From assembly GCA_965243135.1 (NCBI GenBank), contig OZ251539.1, forward strand, positions 1,760,001-1,824,000: a stretch of 64,000 nt of DNA, read 5' to 3'. The notes under the pieces are model-generated. The model made no database searches, was not told the origin of the DNA, and saw only the letters and a program-made list of their open reading frames with translations. Origin of the DNA: Alphaproteobacteria bacterium. Its GTDB lineage: Bacteria > Pseudomonadota > Alphaproteobacteria > MPNO01 > UBA830. The translations under genes and the position numbers were made by a program. The first letter of the stretch is position 1, and each line of letters starts with the position of its first letter. Of this stretch, positions 39,069-50,752 are shown one piece after another.

Positions 39069-40697
39069 CTATCCTTCATCGACCACATCCAACCAATCCG
39101 TGAAGATGTGGACCGGCTCGCATATCTCGTGCAGGCCCGTTCGTCCGCGGTTTCCTATTTGGATGCCGTGAAACCGAGTTCCCGCCTCGCGTATCCGCTG
39201 CACATCCGAGATCAAGCCGGGAGGCGCGGGCCATTCGCCATCGCTAACGAACAGCACATCGGCTTTCGACCATTCGCCCTCCCGTAGCCGTTTTAGAACC
39301 TCAGTTATCGCCTCCGTGGGGTCGCTACCGCCACCAAAGGAGAGCGCAAGAAATTTGAGAAATCGGGAGATGCCCTCCAGGGACAGTTCGAGCTCGTGCT
39401 CCTCAATCTGGCTAGGACCACTGAAAGAATAGAGGCGGCAGCTACGTTTCTCTGCGTGCGCCGTGCGGAGCGTTTCCAAAATCAGCGCCTTCGCTACCTG
39501 TTCCGGAAGGCCGTGCATCGAGCCGGACGTGTCGACAACTGCGAGAATGGGTCCCCTGTCCAACCTTGGCTTGCGATTTTCGGAGCGCTCCATTGTCTCG
39601 CACTCTATGGGCACCCGTACGATGTCGACGCCCTCGATCCGGTAGGTCAGCAGGGCCTGTTCCGCCCGGCGCGCGTGCCAGAGCATCTTAAGTTTGGGGT
39701 GGCCGAGCATCGCGGCTTCGACCGGCAACATTCTGGCGATAGACCCGGTCCGCTCGATGCCGCGCGTATCGGCGGGAACCAACGGCAGCGGCGCTTCCCG
39801 TCGCTCTTCCTCCAGCCGCCGCATGGGAATGAACACCCGTTCGGCAACGGATTCCTCCGTTTTGGAAACGTGAAGTCGCCCCAGCGATCTGATGACCTCG
39901 CGAAGGTCAGGCAGCCGCTGGACCAGTTCCCGCAATCTGAGGAGGTCGCGCCATCCGACGTGATGGAGTACGCCGAGCGTGAGATCCCAACCGCGTCCCA
40001 ATACTTGTCCCAAATCGCCGAAGACGTCCGCAATGTCGGCCCATAGGCGCGCTCGTTCCTCCCACTTCTGAAGCACGACCGTGTCAGCGTTCTGTGGACC
40101 GGCAAGAACATCGCGCATGGCTTGGTCGCGCAGGCGTCGGAGAACTTCCCTGTCCAATATGATCTGCTTTCGTCGCTCCCTCATACGATTGGAGCGTTTC
40201 CCCGTTTCCATCTTTTCCTTCAATAGCAAGAGTCGACGTTCCAAATCCTCCCGCTCGCGCAGTTTCTTGCGTTCGATTTCTTCCAACTCGCGTATCCGAT
40301 GAGCAACCTTCATGCGAATCGTTTCATTTTGACTGGAAAACGCTACGAGAATGTCCTTAAGTAGTTCGTCGACCAGCTCTGGGTGATCTTTGCAAAAGTG
40401 AGCTAATCCCATCTGACCCAAGGCCCGGTATACTGGTGCGGAGATCTCTTTCGGAGGCCATAGGTTAACGGGTGGAAGCCGTCCTTTCAGAAGCGCCTCC
40501 CGCCATGCGACTACGCCGCGGACTCGCTCGCGCAGGTCACCGATAGGCATAGTGATAACGTCGTCGAGCAAATGCTCCGGGCATTCATCTAGGACGGCGT
40601 AGCTCCGCTCCAATGCGGCCGCATCGAACCCGCGACTCGCCCGATCTTCAGTATCAGCCAAGCGAGGATCGCGAACTTTCTTCGTCATAATTTTCAT
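39069..40697 (-). CDS. ViaA-like von Willebrand factor A domain protein
   Basis: GPILAVVDTSGSMHG (MIDAS), FGGGSD, ADVLFVSDGEW; directly downstream of the MoxR ATPase. Confidence 0.85.
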   Translation of the reverse strand: MKIMTKKVRDPRLADTEDRASRGFDAAALERSYAVLDECPEHLLDDVITMPIGDLRERVRGVVAWREALLKGRLPPVNLWPPKEISAPVYRALGQMGLAHFCKDHPELVDELLKDILVAFSSQNETIRMKVAHRIRELEEIERKKLREREDLERRLLLLKEKMETGKRSNRMRERRKQIILDREVLRRLRDQAMRDVLAGPQNADTVVLQKWEERARLWADIADVFGDLGQVLGRGWDLTLGVLHHVGWRDLLRLRELVQRLPDLREVIRSLGRLHVSKTEESVAERVFIPMRRLEEERREAPLPLVPADTRGIERTGSIARMLPVEAAMLGHPKLKMLWHARRAEQALLTYRIEGVDIVRVPIECETMERSENRKPRLDRGPILAVVDTSGSMHGLPEQVAKALILETLRTAHAEKRSCRLYSFSGPSQIEEHELELSLEGISRFLKFLALSFGGGSDPTEAITEVLKRLREGEWSKADVLFVSDGEWPAPPGLISDVQRIREAGTRFHGIQIGNRGRTGLHEICEPVHIFTDWLDVVDEG

Positions 40698-40773
40698 TTC
40701 TCATTATTGGCCCAAAACGCTATCTGGCTTCGGCTTTCGGAGCATCTTCGGTTTAGTTTGGGATTTCTCGGCG

Positions 40774-42288
<1,515 letters not shown>

Positions 42289-42720
42289 GCCCGTATAGCC
42301 CAAATATTCAGTGCGCCGTGGAAAGTGCTTATCTACTTACCTCGCCCGACAACTGTCGTTCCGGTTATTATAGGACAAGCTGATTTCAGCTTGCAACAGG
42401 GACCGTCAACTTTCTCAGCATACGCCGCGCTGCTGCCGGGAGATCACCCGCGAAGCCTTATGCTGCCGGTTGTCAGCGCTGACGGTCCCAGCGCCGGTCC
42501 ACGAGCCACGAAGTTCATGGCGTCAAGCCGCCGTGTGGCGGCCGCCGCTTCGCGTCAACGTGTAGACCCGCAATGTACGGGTCAGGTGGCCTTCGGGACA
42601 GTCTCTGCTTTGCACATACCTTTCCGCATCGCTTGATCGCACTACAGCATGTATACGGTTACCCAAGCTGCGCATTCTGCGTGTTATGCTTCAAACGGGC
42701 CTGCTTGAAGAGGAGAAAAA

Positions 42721-43065
42721 TCATCCGCTCAGCGCTTGCCTCTGGGCATCGCCAAACCCAACCAGTACGAGTTCTTCGGCGTCAAAAACCGGGCGCTTTA
42801 TCAATGCGGGATTGGCCAGCATAAGCGCTTCCGCCTTGGCGGCATCCAATCCGGTCTTGTCGGCATCGTCGATGTTGCGCCATGTGGTGCTGCGGCGATT
42901 AAGCAGCGATTCCCAGCCGAGCGCCTCGATCCACTTCGCAAGATCCTCGTCGGCCAGGCCGTCGCTTCGCAGATCGTGAAATCGGCATTCGATCCCCTCG
43001 GCTTCCAGCCATCGCAGCGCCTTGCGGCAAGTATCGCAGTTCTTGAGGCCGTATACGGCGATCAT
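42721..43065 (-). CDS. ArsC/Spx family protein (YffB-like)
   Basis: YGLKNCDTCRKA, LNRRSTTWR, LIKRPV. Confidence 0.9.
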   Translation of the reverse strand: MIAVYGLKNCDTCRKALRWLEAEGIECRFHDLRSDGLADEDLAKWIEALGWESLLNRRSTTWRNIDDADKTGLDAAKAEALMLANPALIKRPVFDAEELVLVGFGDAQRQALSG

Positions 43066-43550
43066 TTTCCGTGCTCCCTCACGGTATCGTGGAGAAGTTC
43101 CAGCGCAGAATCGGCGAATGCCCGCATGTTTTCTTTACGATCGTCATTGCCTGTGCGAAGAACGCGGGAAGACGAAGAGGGGCCTGCTACCGCAAGCGCC
43201 ACATGCCCCGCCGGGTCGCCGTAGCGATTGCCGGACGGGCCCGCGGCTCCCGACTCGCCGACCGCCCAGTCGGCTTCAAGCAAATCCCGAACCGTTTCCG
43301 CGCACAAAAGCGCATACCCCTCGGTCGCCCCGCGCATTTCCGCCTTGGCGTCGTCGAAACGCAACAGACCGCGCCGCGCGTTTCGCGTGTAGACGGTCGC
43401 GCCTCCCAGGAAAAATGCGGAGGCTCCCGGAACCGACAGAAGCGCAGCCGATATCAGTCCGCCGCAGGCGGACTCGGAAACCGCGACCGTCTGTCCGCGT
43501 TCCTTGAGAAGAAGACCCACTTTCTCCGCAATCGGCGCGAGAACGGTCAT
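43062..43550 (-). CDS. CinA C-terminal / PncC family protein
   Basis: VAVSESACGG, VPGAS, GAAGP; the catalytic Lys of the Y..AK motif appears as Arg. Confidence 0.85.
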   Translation of the reverse strand: MTVLAPIAEKVGLLLKERGQTVAVSESACGGLISAALLSVPGASAFFLGGATVYTRNARRGLLRFDDAKAEMRGATEGYALLCAETVRDLLEADWAVGESGAAGPSGNRYGDPAGHVALAVAGPSSSSRVLRTGNDDRKENMRAFADSALELLHDTVREHGK

Positions 43551-43661
43551 GATTCGATCCTGCGAGGCCGTCGAAGGTGGATGTCCGTTCCCATGTTGTC
43601 TCTCCTCGCTGGTTTGCGGGGCGGCTCCGGCGTCCGCGGAGGCCCGTGCTGTCGCCGAAAA

Positions 43662-44645
43662 TCAATTCAGCTTGTCGCTCTCGCCGACAACGTGGAGCGG
43701 CGTTTCTCCATCCAGCAATCTGCGCGCGTTCTTTGCGCCGCGACGGACCGCCTCGAGCGTCGCGCCATGCGTCATGGCCGAGTTGTGCGGCGAGGCGATA
43801 ACGTTCGGCAATTCAAGAAACGGATAATCGATCTCGAAACGGCCGTGACGAATCGGTTCTATCCACCACGATTCAATACAGGCGGTAAATCCCGGATTGG
43901 ATGCGAGGTGCCGATAGAGCGCTTCCTGTTCGACAATCTCGCCGCGAGCGACGTTAACGAGAATTGCATCGGCTTTCATCAGGGCCAGCCTTTCCGCTCC
44001 GATCAGGGCATTCGTTTTTGGCGTCAGCGACAACGTGATCACGAGAATGTCGGAAACGGCCAGCACCCGTTCGAGGTCGTCGAGCGTTCCTATGAAATCC
44101 ACCGACTCGTCCGTTCGCCCCGAACGGTTCACGGCCTGTATGCGCACGCCGAGAGCCCGCATCAGCCGCGCCACTTCCCGACCGGTCGCGCCGTATCCGA
44201 GAATTCCGCAAGTCAGGCCTGCAAACCGCTTCGTGGACTTGAACTGGTTGAACTCGCCTTCCCGCATCAGCGCGTGCTCGCGCGCCAGGCGCTTCGCTGC
44301 GCCCAGCGCCATCGCCACCACGTGTTCGGCCATCGGTTCCGCATAGGCGCCTGCGTTGCAGGCGACCGGGATGCGTTCAGGCAGCGAACGCAGCGGCAGG
44401 TAATCCACTCCGGCCGTCAGGCATTGGATCAGTTCGCAGTTTTCGAGACGACGGATCGCGGCGATGCCAAGATCCTCGAACGGATCGTAGGTCAGCACGA
44501 CCCGGGTTCTGCCCAGGATGCCGTCCTTCGAACTCTCGTCATGGTCCGGCCAGAACCTTACCTCCGCTGCATCTCCGACAATGTCGGCGATCGCCCGGCG
44601 TTTTTCGCCGTCCGGCGCATAGGTTACGAGCACTACGGGTTTCAG
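43662..44645 (-). CDS. D-isomer 2-hydroxyacid dehydrogenase
   Basis: AGVD, GILGYGATG, NVARG, SPHN; start uncertain (GGAG 8 nt before CTG 44645, or a nearby GTG). Confidence 0.85.
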   Translation of the reverse strand: MKPVVLVTYAPDGEKRRAIADIVGDAAEVRFWPDHDESSKDGILGRTRVVLTYDPFEDLGIAAIRRLENCELIQCLTAGVDYLPLRSLPERIPVACNAGAYAEPMAEHVVAMALGAAKRLAREHALMREGEFNQFKSTKRFAGLTCGILGYGATGREVARLMRALGVRIQAVNRSGRTDESVDFIGTLDDLERVLAVSDILVITLSLTPKTNALIGAERLALMKADAILVNVARGEIVEQEALYRHLASNPGFTACIESWWIEPIRHGRFEIDYPFLELPNVIASPHNSAMTHGATLEAVRRGAKNARRLLDGETPLHVVGESDKLN

Positions 44646-44682
44646 CGTGCTTGCTCCGTCACTGCATCGCGCCCGCCGGCCG

Positions 44683-45301
44683 TCAGTCGCGGACGTCCTG
44701 CGAAAACCATTCGGTCTCGCGGCCTTTCCCCAAGGCGCGCGCCTTTCGGTAAACGAGTCCGCCTGCCGCAGCGAACTGCAGCCCTTGGAACCCGACATTC
44801 CGCTGGGTATCCGAGGTCCCGCCCGGCGTCTTGCCGGTTACGAGATCGCAGCAATTCGGGCAGCGTACCCGAAAGCTGCTGCGTCCGTAACTCCGGGACG
44901 GAAGGCGTGTCATTTCCTCTTCGATGCCCGCAATGAACGGCCCTACCCCGCTCGTCAGACGCGAACCTTCGTCCATCTCCGCGCCCGGCGTCCCCTGCCG
45001 AACCTTGACGTCGCTTCTGTCCAGCGCTTCTAGGCTCGTCTCGTCGGGCCCGAGATTCGTCACATGCATGTTGGCTTCGAGCCAATCCGCCCCGAAGGTC
45101 GATTCCATGGAGTCCGTCGCCGTCGACAGGATATCCGCGCCCTCCATCGTTCCCCAACGGCCGCCTTCGCAGGGCGCGTACATGTCGAGCCGCGGGCGCG
45201 GCTTCGCCCGACGGAATCTTCCCGAAAGCGCGCTCCTGAACTTCAATGCGCTCGTCTATCGACAGCGGTTCGGACGCGAGAGCGTTGTCGATTATCGGCA
45301 T
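44683..45301 (-). pseudogene. Ornithine cyclodeaminase/mu-crystallin family relic with internal deletion and frameshift
   Basis: MPIIDN...IEVQERAF (frame A), RPRLDMYAP..RWGTMEGA joined to DILSTATDSM...MHVTNLG...DLVTGK.PG...QGLQFAA...WFSQDVRD (frame B). Confidence 0.7.
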
Positions 45302-45305
45302 GGCG

Positions 45306-46295
45306 TCAGACCCGGAATTCGCTCAATACTTCGTCGGGAAACAACTCCTCGATGGAGACCTTTCGACTGCAGACCCCCTGCTCCGCGCTGTATTGCAGGA
45401 ATGCCTCGAGGGTGGTTCGGTTCTTTTCTACGCCATAAGGAAAGAAGTCGTCCCCGAACAAACGCCTCGCCCGGCGAGCGGCTTCATAGCACCAGGCGAA
45501 CGGCACGCGGGTCGCCGTGATTTCCTGAACCCGCTCGAGCGCCCGGTTCTTGGCGTTTTCGAACGCCTTGAACAGATTCATCGCGATCCACCGGTTTTGC
45601 CGAAAGACATCCCCGCGGATCGCGATTACGTGCATGATGGGAAAGATGCCGGTTTCCCGATAGTATTGCTCTTCCACCTCCCGGTAGTCGGGATATAGAT
45701 GGACGATGGTTTCGTGTCCCTCCTCCACCGGGGCGGGAGGGTGCGCCGCCATGATGCAGTCGATCTCGCCGGCCAGCAACAGTTCGGTCAGCGACGCGTC
45801 GGGTCGCGGCGTGCAGGTTACGCCGTCGGGAAGGTTCAGCTTTACCTTTTCCTGACGACCGGGCTGATTGACGCCCGCCTGCACCCAATCGATTTCCTTC
45901 AACGGAATGCCGATGTCGTGAACCAGCCATCCCCGCGTGTAGATCGAAGCGGTCTGCGCCCATTCCGGAACGCCGATCCTCTTGTTCCGCAGATCGGACG
46001 CATTTTTGACCGGACCGTCCGGCAGCACGAAAAGCGACGACTGCCGAAACACGCGTGACGGAAAGACGGGGATCGCGGTAACGCTGTCGTCGTCCTGCGA
46101 TTTGAGCGCGACGTACTTGCCGAACGACATTTCCGAAACGTCCCACTCGCGGAACTTGATGAAGCGGTAGAACGTTTCCTCGATTTGCAGGTTGAGGTAA
46201 CGGAGATCGATTCCGCTGGCCTTGATGTCGCCGCGAGTCAGATCCCTCGTGTGTTCGTAGTCGCTGGCCGCGAAGGTCAATGTCAGGTCGGTCAT
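45306..46295 (-). CDS. 4,5-dihydroxyphthalate decarboxylase-like protein (Pht5/OphC family)
   Basis: DVSEMS, AIPVFPSRVFR, IGVPEWAQTA, GIFPIMH, PYG. Confidence 0.8.
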   Translation of the reverse strand: MTDLTLTFAASDYEHTRDLTRGDIKASGIDLRYLNLQIEETFYRFIKFREWDVSEMSFGKYVALKSQDDDSVTAIPVFPSRVFRQSSLFVLPDGPVKNASDLRNKRIGVPEWAQTASIYTRGWLVHDIGIPLKEIDWVQAGVNQPGRQEKVKLNLPDGVTCTPRPDASLTELLLAGEIDCIMAAHPPAPVEEGHETIVHLYPDYREVEEQYYRETGIFPIMHVIAIRGDVFRQNRWIAMNLFKAFENAKNRALERVQEITATRVPFAWCYEAARRARRLFGDDFFPYGVEKNRTTLEAFLQYSAEQGVCSRKVSIEELFPDEVLSEFRV

Positions 46296-46362
46296 GCGCT
46301 TTCCCGGTCGTTGCAAGTATTCCGGCGTCCGAGTCGACGGGTGCCTTGCCGGCGATCTTCCC

Positions 46363-47109
46363 TCAGGCGACCTTTTCGTGCCAACCCATTTCCTTGTCCT
46401 TGGCGTCGCCGGCATCGGCAACGCCGTTGAGATAGTGGTCCCAGACGATCAGATTTTCCTCGCAAGCGTCCACCACCTCGTCTTCCATACGCAGGTCCGC
46501 GGCGTATTTGGCGACCGTCTGCCAGCCGAGGTTGGAATGCTTGATGTCCGCTTCGGAATGCATGCCGAAGAACAGCCGCTGCTCCTCCGTCAGATCGAAG
46601 AGCTGTCCCCAGCGGCGGTTTTCGTTGCCGAACCACCCTTTCTGGCGCACTTCCCCGTCGCCGTAGCCCGGGATGTTCGAGCGTTCCGCGCAGGTATTCG
46701 CCATGAGGCCGAGTAGCCAGTGCCTGTTGCTCATCAGCCCGTCCCAAGCCCGCCATGCCAGCCGCGTGGAGGGCAGAAGGTCGGCGTTCGTGATCTGCGA
46801 GCGTTCCATCCCGCAATCGACGCCGAGATCTTCGAGCACCTTCCAGTGCGGCCGTCCGTCTCCGTGTTCGGTGTCGGAAACGATCTCTTCGACGCAGGCT
46901 TCCAGAATCCCGAGCTTTACGTCCCACTCCGGGCAGTTGGTCGCGACCCGAAGCTTGAGGACGGAATTCCGCTGCCTCGTGTTTTGCCGGTGTTGCATCA
47001 CGAACGTATGCGCCCGGCCCCGCGTCATCGGCTCGTTGATCAGGCGCGAGCGCCTCGAATAATCGTCGACGACCTTGTCGAGGCGGGCAATCACGGTCTC
47101 CGTGGACAT
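46363..47109 (-). CDS. Heme-oxygenase-like dimetal enzyme (PqqC/CADD/TenA superfamily)
   Basis: EE...PHW, CAE, FFGMHSEADIKH (H-x3-D-x2-H). Confidence 0.75.
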   Translation of the reverse strand: MSTETVIARLDKVVDDYSRRSRLINEPMTRGRAHTFVMQHRQNTRQRNSVLKLRVATNCPEWDVKLGILEACVEEIVSDTEHGDGRPHWKVLEDLGVDCGMERSQITNADLLPSTRLAWRAWDGLMSNRHWLLGLMANTCAERSNIPGYGDGEVRQKGWFGNENRRWGQLFDLTEEQRLFFGMHSEADIKHSNLGWQTVAKYAADLRMEDEVVDACEENLIVWDHYLNGVADAGDAKDKEMGWHEKVA

Positions 47110-47211
47110 TGTCTCTCCCCTGTTTCCGGTTTCAGCGGCGCAACCTATTCCTGTCGGGCGCCCCGGACAAAGACCGTTGATCGATACCTCGTATGCCGAA
47201 AATCAATATCG

Positions 47212-48132
47212 CTACGGCCTTCTCCAACGGCTGCCGTCCGCGGCGGCGATCTCGCCGATCACGCGGTCGACGATCTGTCGCACGGCGCGCGAAACGTTCG
47301 TTTCCACGTGTCCGGAAGCGTAAGCGAGGCTGAGCGTACGGGATATCCGCGGTCGGGTGATTCTGGCGGCGGCGAGGCGTCCGGAGGCGACCGCCCTGGC
47401 CACGGCGGCGTAAGGCAGGATCGTCGACCCGATTCCGCTTTCGACCAGTTCCCTGATCGTGGAGACGGAATTGATCTCGAACGCCACGTCGACGGGCAAC
47501 TCTCGTTTTCCGGCTGCGGCCTCTATCCTCTCGCGCAACCCGAAGCCCCGGCCCGGCAGTATGAGGGACGCGCCGCATGCTTCCCGGAACGGAATGGCGT
47601 CGCGCTCGCCGCCGATGGCGGCGGCGGATACGTAGTAAAGATCTTCGATCAGCAAAGGCTCTGCGGAGATGCCGTGGACGGCGGTGGGATTGTAGGTGAA
47701 ACCGATGTCGATGGCGTTCTCGCCAAGCTGGCGCATCACTTCTTCGCTCAGTCCCTCCACGATATTGAGGGAAATGGACGGGTAGACTTCACGGCACGCG
47801 CTGATCAGCGGCGTTGCGAGCAATGCGCTTGCCGTCGGCGTGATGCCGAGCGCGATGCTCCCGCGCGGCGGCCCCGAGAGATCGATTATCTCCTGCCGCG
47901 CCAACTCGATCCGGCGAAGGATCGCATTTGCGTGATCGAGCAGCAGTCTGCCGGCTTCGGTCGGCTCGACGCCGCGAGAGTGCCGGACGAGCAGGGAAAC
48001 GCCGAGCTCCTCTTCGAGTTTTCTGATCTGAATGCCGAGAGCCGGCTGCGAAACGCGCACGCGATCCACTGCCTTCGTAAAACTCCCGGCGTGGACGACC
48101 TCCGAAAAATACCGGAGTTGGCGGATATCCAC
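47212..48132 (-). CDS. LysR family regulator
   Basis: VDIRQLRYF...SQPAL..QIRKLEEELG. Confidence 0.92.
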   Translation of the reverse strand: MDIRQLRYFSEVVHAGSFTKAVDRVRVSQPALGIQIRKLEEELGVSLLVRHSRGVEPTEAGRLLLDHANAILRRIELARQEIIDLSGPPRGSIALGITPTASALLATPLISACREVYPSISLNIVEGLSEEVMRQLGENAIDIGFTYNPTAVHGISAEPLLIEDLYYVSAAAIGGERDAIPFREACGASLILPGRGFGLRERIEAAAGKRELPVDVAFEINSVSTIRELVESGIGSTILPYAAVARAVASGRLAAARITRPRISRTLSLAYASGHVETNVSRAVRQIVDRVIGEIAAADGSRWRRP

Positions 48133-48348
48133 AGGCTTCGCTCCTCGTAAAGCGACTGCGAAGCGCAGCCCACGGCAGCGTTTCCCGAGAATAGCATGTT
48201 CGCGCGCACCGCCGCGGCCGGCTACGGCGGCGACCCTCGCTGCGCGCAGTTGCGAACAGGTCTGCTTGCTCCATCCCGGAACGCGCCGCCGCATGTCTCC
48301 GCACGACGCCTTGGCATCGGACCCTCTCCAGCCCCGAGCGTCGAGCGA

Positions 48349-49461
48349 TTACTCTCGCGCCACGGCGCTTGCGACTTCACGAATCCAGGCCGCGAATTCA
48401 GGATCGGCGAGCGCCCATTCGCCGGTATGGGTATCCGCAAGCCCAAGTCGTTCCAGCCGCCGCAAAGCAGCCTGAACCCGTCCCGCCGACGGCGGGGATT
48501 CGTCGAGAACGGCGCCCAGAGATTCGCGAAAGGTTCGGCCGAACGGCCGGCAGGATCCGTTCGCCAGGACCTGCGCTACGGCGCGCTGGATAGGGGCGAG
48601 CCGCAACCAGATTCCCGGATAGTCGAGATCGGCGGCGATTCGGGCGCGAAGCCGACTCAAGCTGGTTGTAACCCCGATCGACGGATCGTGAAGCAGGATT
48701 TCGACCAATAAGCGGAAGAAGTATGGATTGGCATGCAACCGGTCGAAGGCGGAAAGCATCTCGCCGCGTCCGAGCGTTCGCCGCGACGCTCTTTCGAAAG
48801 CGCCAAGGATATGATCCACGAACGCCTCGCCGAGCACGGGCAGCTCGATCGGAGTCGCGAAATGAAAGAACGGCGCTGCGCGGGAGGAAAACATGGCCAT
48901 GAGCCCTTCGCGGCTCGACCCGGTAAACACTCCTTTCAGCCGATCCGTCCGTTTGTCGAGACTCGTTCTCAGCGCCGCCGCAAGGGGCGCGTTGCCCCGC
49001 GCGAGTTCCTGAACTTCGTCCAGCAGCAGGATCGCAGGCTTTCCGCGCCCCGGAACGCGCTCGAGAAGGTCGTCGAGGTGGAGAAGCAGCTCGTTCGGCG
49101 GTTTTCCTGCAAGGGTCGTGAGATCGACCTCCGCTCCCAGCCCGGTCCCGGGTATCGACAGCTTCAGTTTTGGCGCAAACGCGGCGGTCCGCAACCGGTC
49201 GCGGAAACGCCCCTTGCCGAGAGAAGTCTCCAGCGCATGTAGAAGCACCGCCAGAGGAGAAAGCGGCGCCTGCCAGAAGGACGCGTAGATCACGCGATGG
49301 CCCGCCTTTTCGGCGAGCGGCGCGAGATCCTTGATCAGGAATTCCGTCTTGTCCGTTCGGCGGGGAGCGAACAGGGTGAGGATTTGCGCCGGGCCGTCAT
49401 TGAGGAGGGCAAGGACGCTCCTGCTGAAATCGCGGCGTTCGAAGTGCCATGGATCTTTCAT
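48349..49461 (-). CDS. P-loop ATPase with C-terminal winged helix; degenerate Walker A
   Basis: LFAPRRTDKT (G->D), LLLDEVQEL, FTGSS, PFF, C-terminal VQAALRRLERLGL...DPEFAAW. Confidence 0.75.
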   Translation of the reverse strand: MKDPWHFERRDFSRSVLALLNDGPAQILTLFAPRRTDKTEFLIKDLAPLAEKAGHRVIYASFWQAPLSPLAVLLHALETSLGKGRFRDRLRTAAFAPKLKLSIPGTGLGAEVDLTTLAGKPPNELLLHLDDLLERVPGRGKPAILLLDEVQELARGNAPLAAALRTSLDKRTDRLKGVFTGSSREGLMAMFSSRAAPFFHFATPIELPVLGEAFVDHILGAFERASRRTLGRGEMLSAFDRLHANPYFFRLLVEILLHDPSIGVTTSLSRLRARIAADLDYPGIWLRLAPIQRAVAQVLANGSCRPFGRTFRESLGAVLDESPPSAGRVQAALRRLERLGLADTHTGEWALADPEFAAWIREVASAVARE

Positions 49462-49474
49462 TTTCAGCCATCTT

Positions 49475-49508
49475 TAGCCGTAAACGAATAATTATACGCA
49501 AACGGCTA
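49475..49508. promoter_or_regulatory. 34-bp imperfect palindrome, putative operator
   Basis: TAGCCGTAAACGAATAA|TTATACGCAAACGGCTA, 13 of 17 positions symmetric, 13 nt upstream of the ATPase ATG. Confidence 0.55.
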
Positions 49509-49545
49509 TAAATTGCCGCCGCGGCAGCCCGGTTGCCGCGCGAGG

Positions 49546-50376
49546 CTACGCCACCGCCTCTCCCTTGATCGTAATCCGCCGCAGCATGCGCCTTTCCTCC
49601 GGGTCGAAATCCGTGCGCGCATGCATCGAGCACCGATTGTCCCACATCAGCAGGTCGCCCGGACGCCATTCATGCTCGTAAACGAATTCCCGGCGCTCCC
49701 CGTGAGCGAACAACGTCTCCAGCAGGTCGCCGCACTCCTCCTGCGTCAGCCCTTCGATGCGATCGGTCATCAGGCGATTCACGTACAGCGCCTTCCGCCC
49801 GGTGCCCGGGTGCGTCCGGGCGACCGGATGCCAGTGCTGCGGCGCATTCGGATCGACGCTCTCGCTTCGCTTCAGGGGATTGCCGGAATAGTCGTATATG
49901 TGATGGGCCTTGCGCCCTTCCAGTCTGTCGCGGACCTCGCCCGGCAGCGTCTCCCAGGCTTTGTAGCAATTGGCGAAGAGCGTATTTCCGCCCGTCCGGG
50001 GAATCTCCATCGCGTACAGCGTGGACGCCCGCGCCGGCACCTCGTAATAGCACTGGTCCGAATGAAACCACATCTCGCCGTTTTCGAGGGCCGTGGCGAA
50101 ACCGCTGTCCGTCACGTTCGTGATCATCATCGTGTAGGGCTGAGCCTCGTTCGCATGCTTGCCGGTGCGAACGGATTCCAGCTCCCCGAAATAACGGCAG
50201 AACCGTATCTGATCGTCGTTGGAGATGTCCTGATCGCGGAACGCCAGCACGAGGTGCTCGTACCATGCCTTTTCCACCGCCTTGACGGTCGCGTCGTCGA
50301 GCGGTTGCGAAAGGTCGATGCCGGACACCTCCGCGCCCAACGCGTCGGAAAGCGGCGCAACCCGGATCTCGGACAT
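49546..50376 (-). CDS. TauD/TfdA Fe(II)/2-oxoglutarate dioxygenase
   Basis: WFHSDQ, GGNTLFAN, GDLLMWDNRCSMHAR. Confidence 0.92.
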   Translation of the reverse strand: MSEIRVAPLSDALGAEVSGIDLSQPLDDATVKAVEKAWYEHLVLAFRDQDISNDDQIRFCRYFGELESVRTGKHANEAQPYTMMITNVTDSGFATALENGEMWFHSDQCYYEVPARASTLYAMEIPRTGGNTLFANCYKAWETLPGEVRDRLEGRKAHHIYDYSGNPLKRSESVDPNAPQHWHPVARTHPGTGRKALYVNRLMTDRIEGLTQEECGDLLETLFAHGERREFVYEHEWRPGDLLMWDNRCSMHARTDFDPEERRMLRRITIKGEAVA

Positions 50377-50752
50377 GTCTTCCTCCCTGGCGCATTCTGC
50401 AGAATCAAGCCGCAGTATATTCCCGCTCCCCGGTCTCGCAAGGCGGCGGCGCGCGCCGGCGGAGAGAATCGCGACCGGGCCGGCCTCGCCAGGCGGGGGA
50501 ACGGACCTTCGCGCTGCCGCGGGCTGCCCGCCGTCACGAACGACGCGGCGCGAACGCCTCGACCCGAACGGGGATTCGCCTTTTCGGCGCTTCCGTCGAT
50601 ACTTGCCGGAAGGGTCGGCCGGAAAAAGCTGGGCCCCGGACCGCGACGGTCCGGACGGCGCCGCGCTCGCGAAGGCCGTCGTTTCGGCCGCCGGGACGGC
50701 GGCGGGCTTCCCGGCCGCAGGCCCCGACGCGAAACCTTGGGGACAGGACGCT

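Noticed and set aside
50380-50750. GC-rich spacer that might be another gene relic
   Set aside because: Coding-like in places, but no family motif could be assigned
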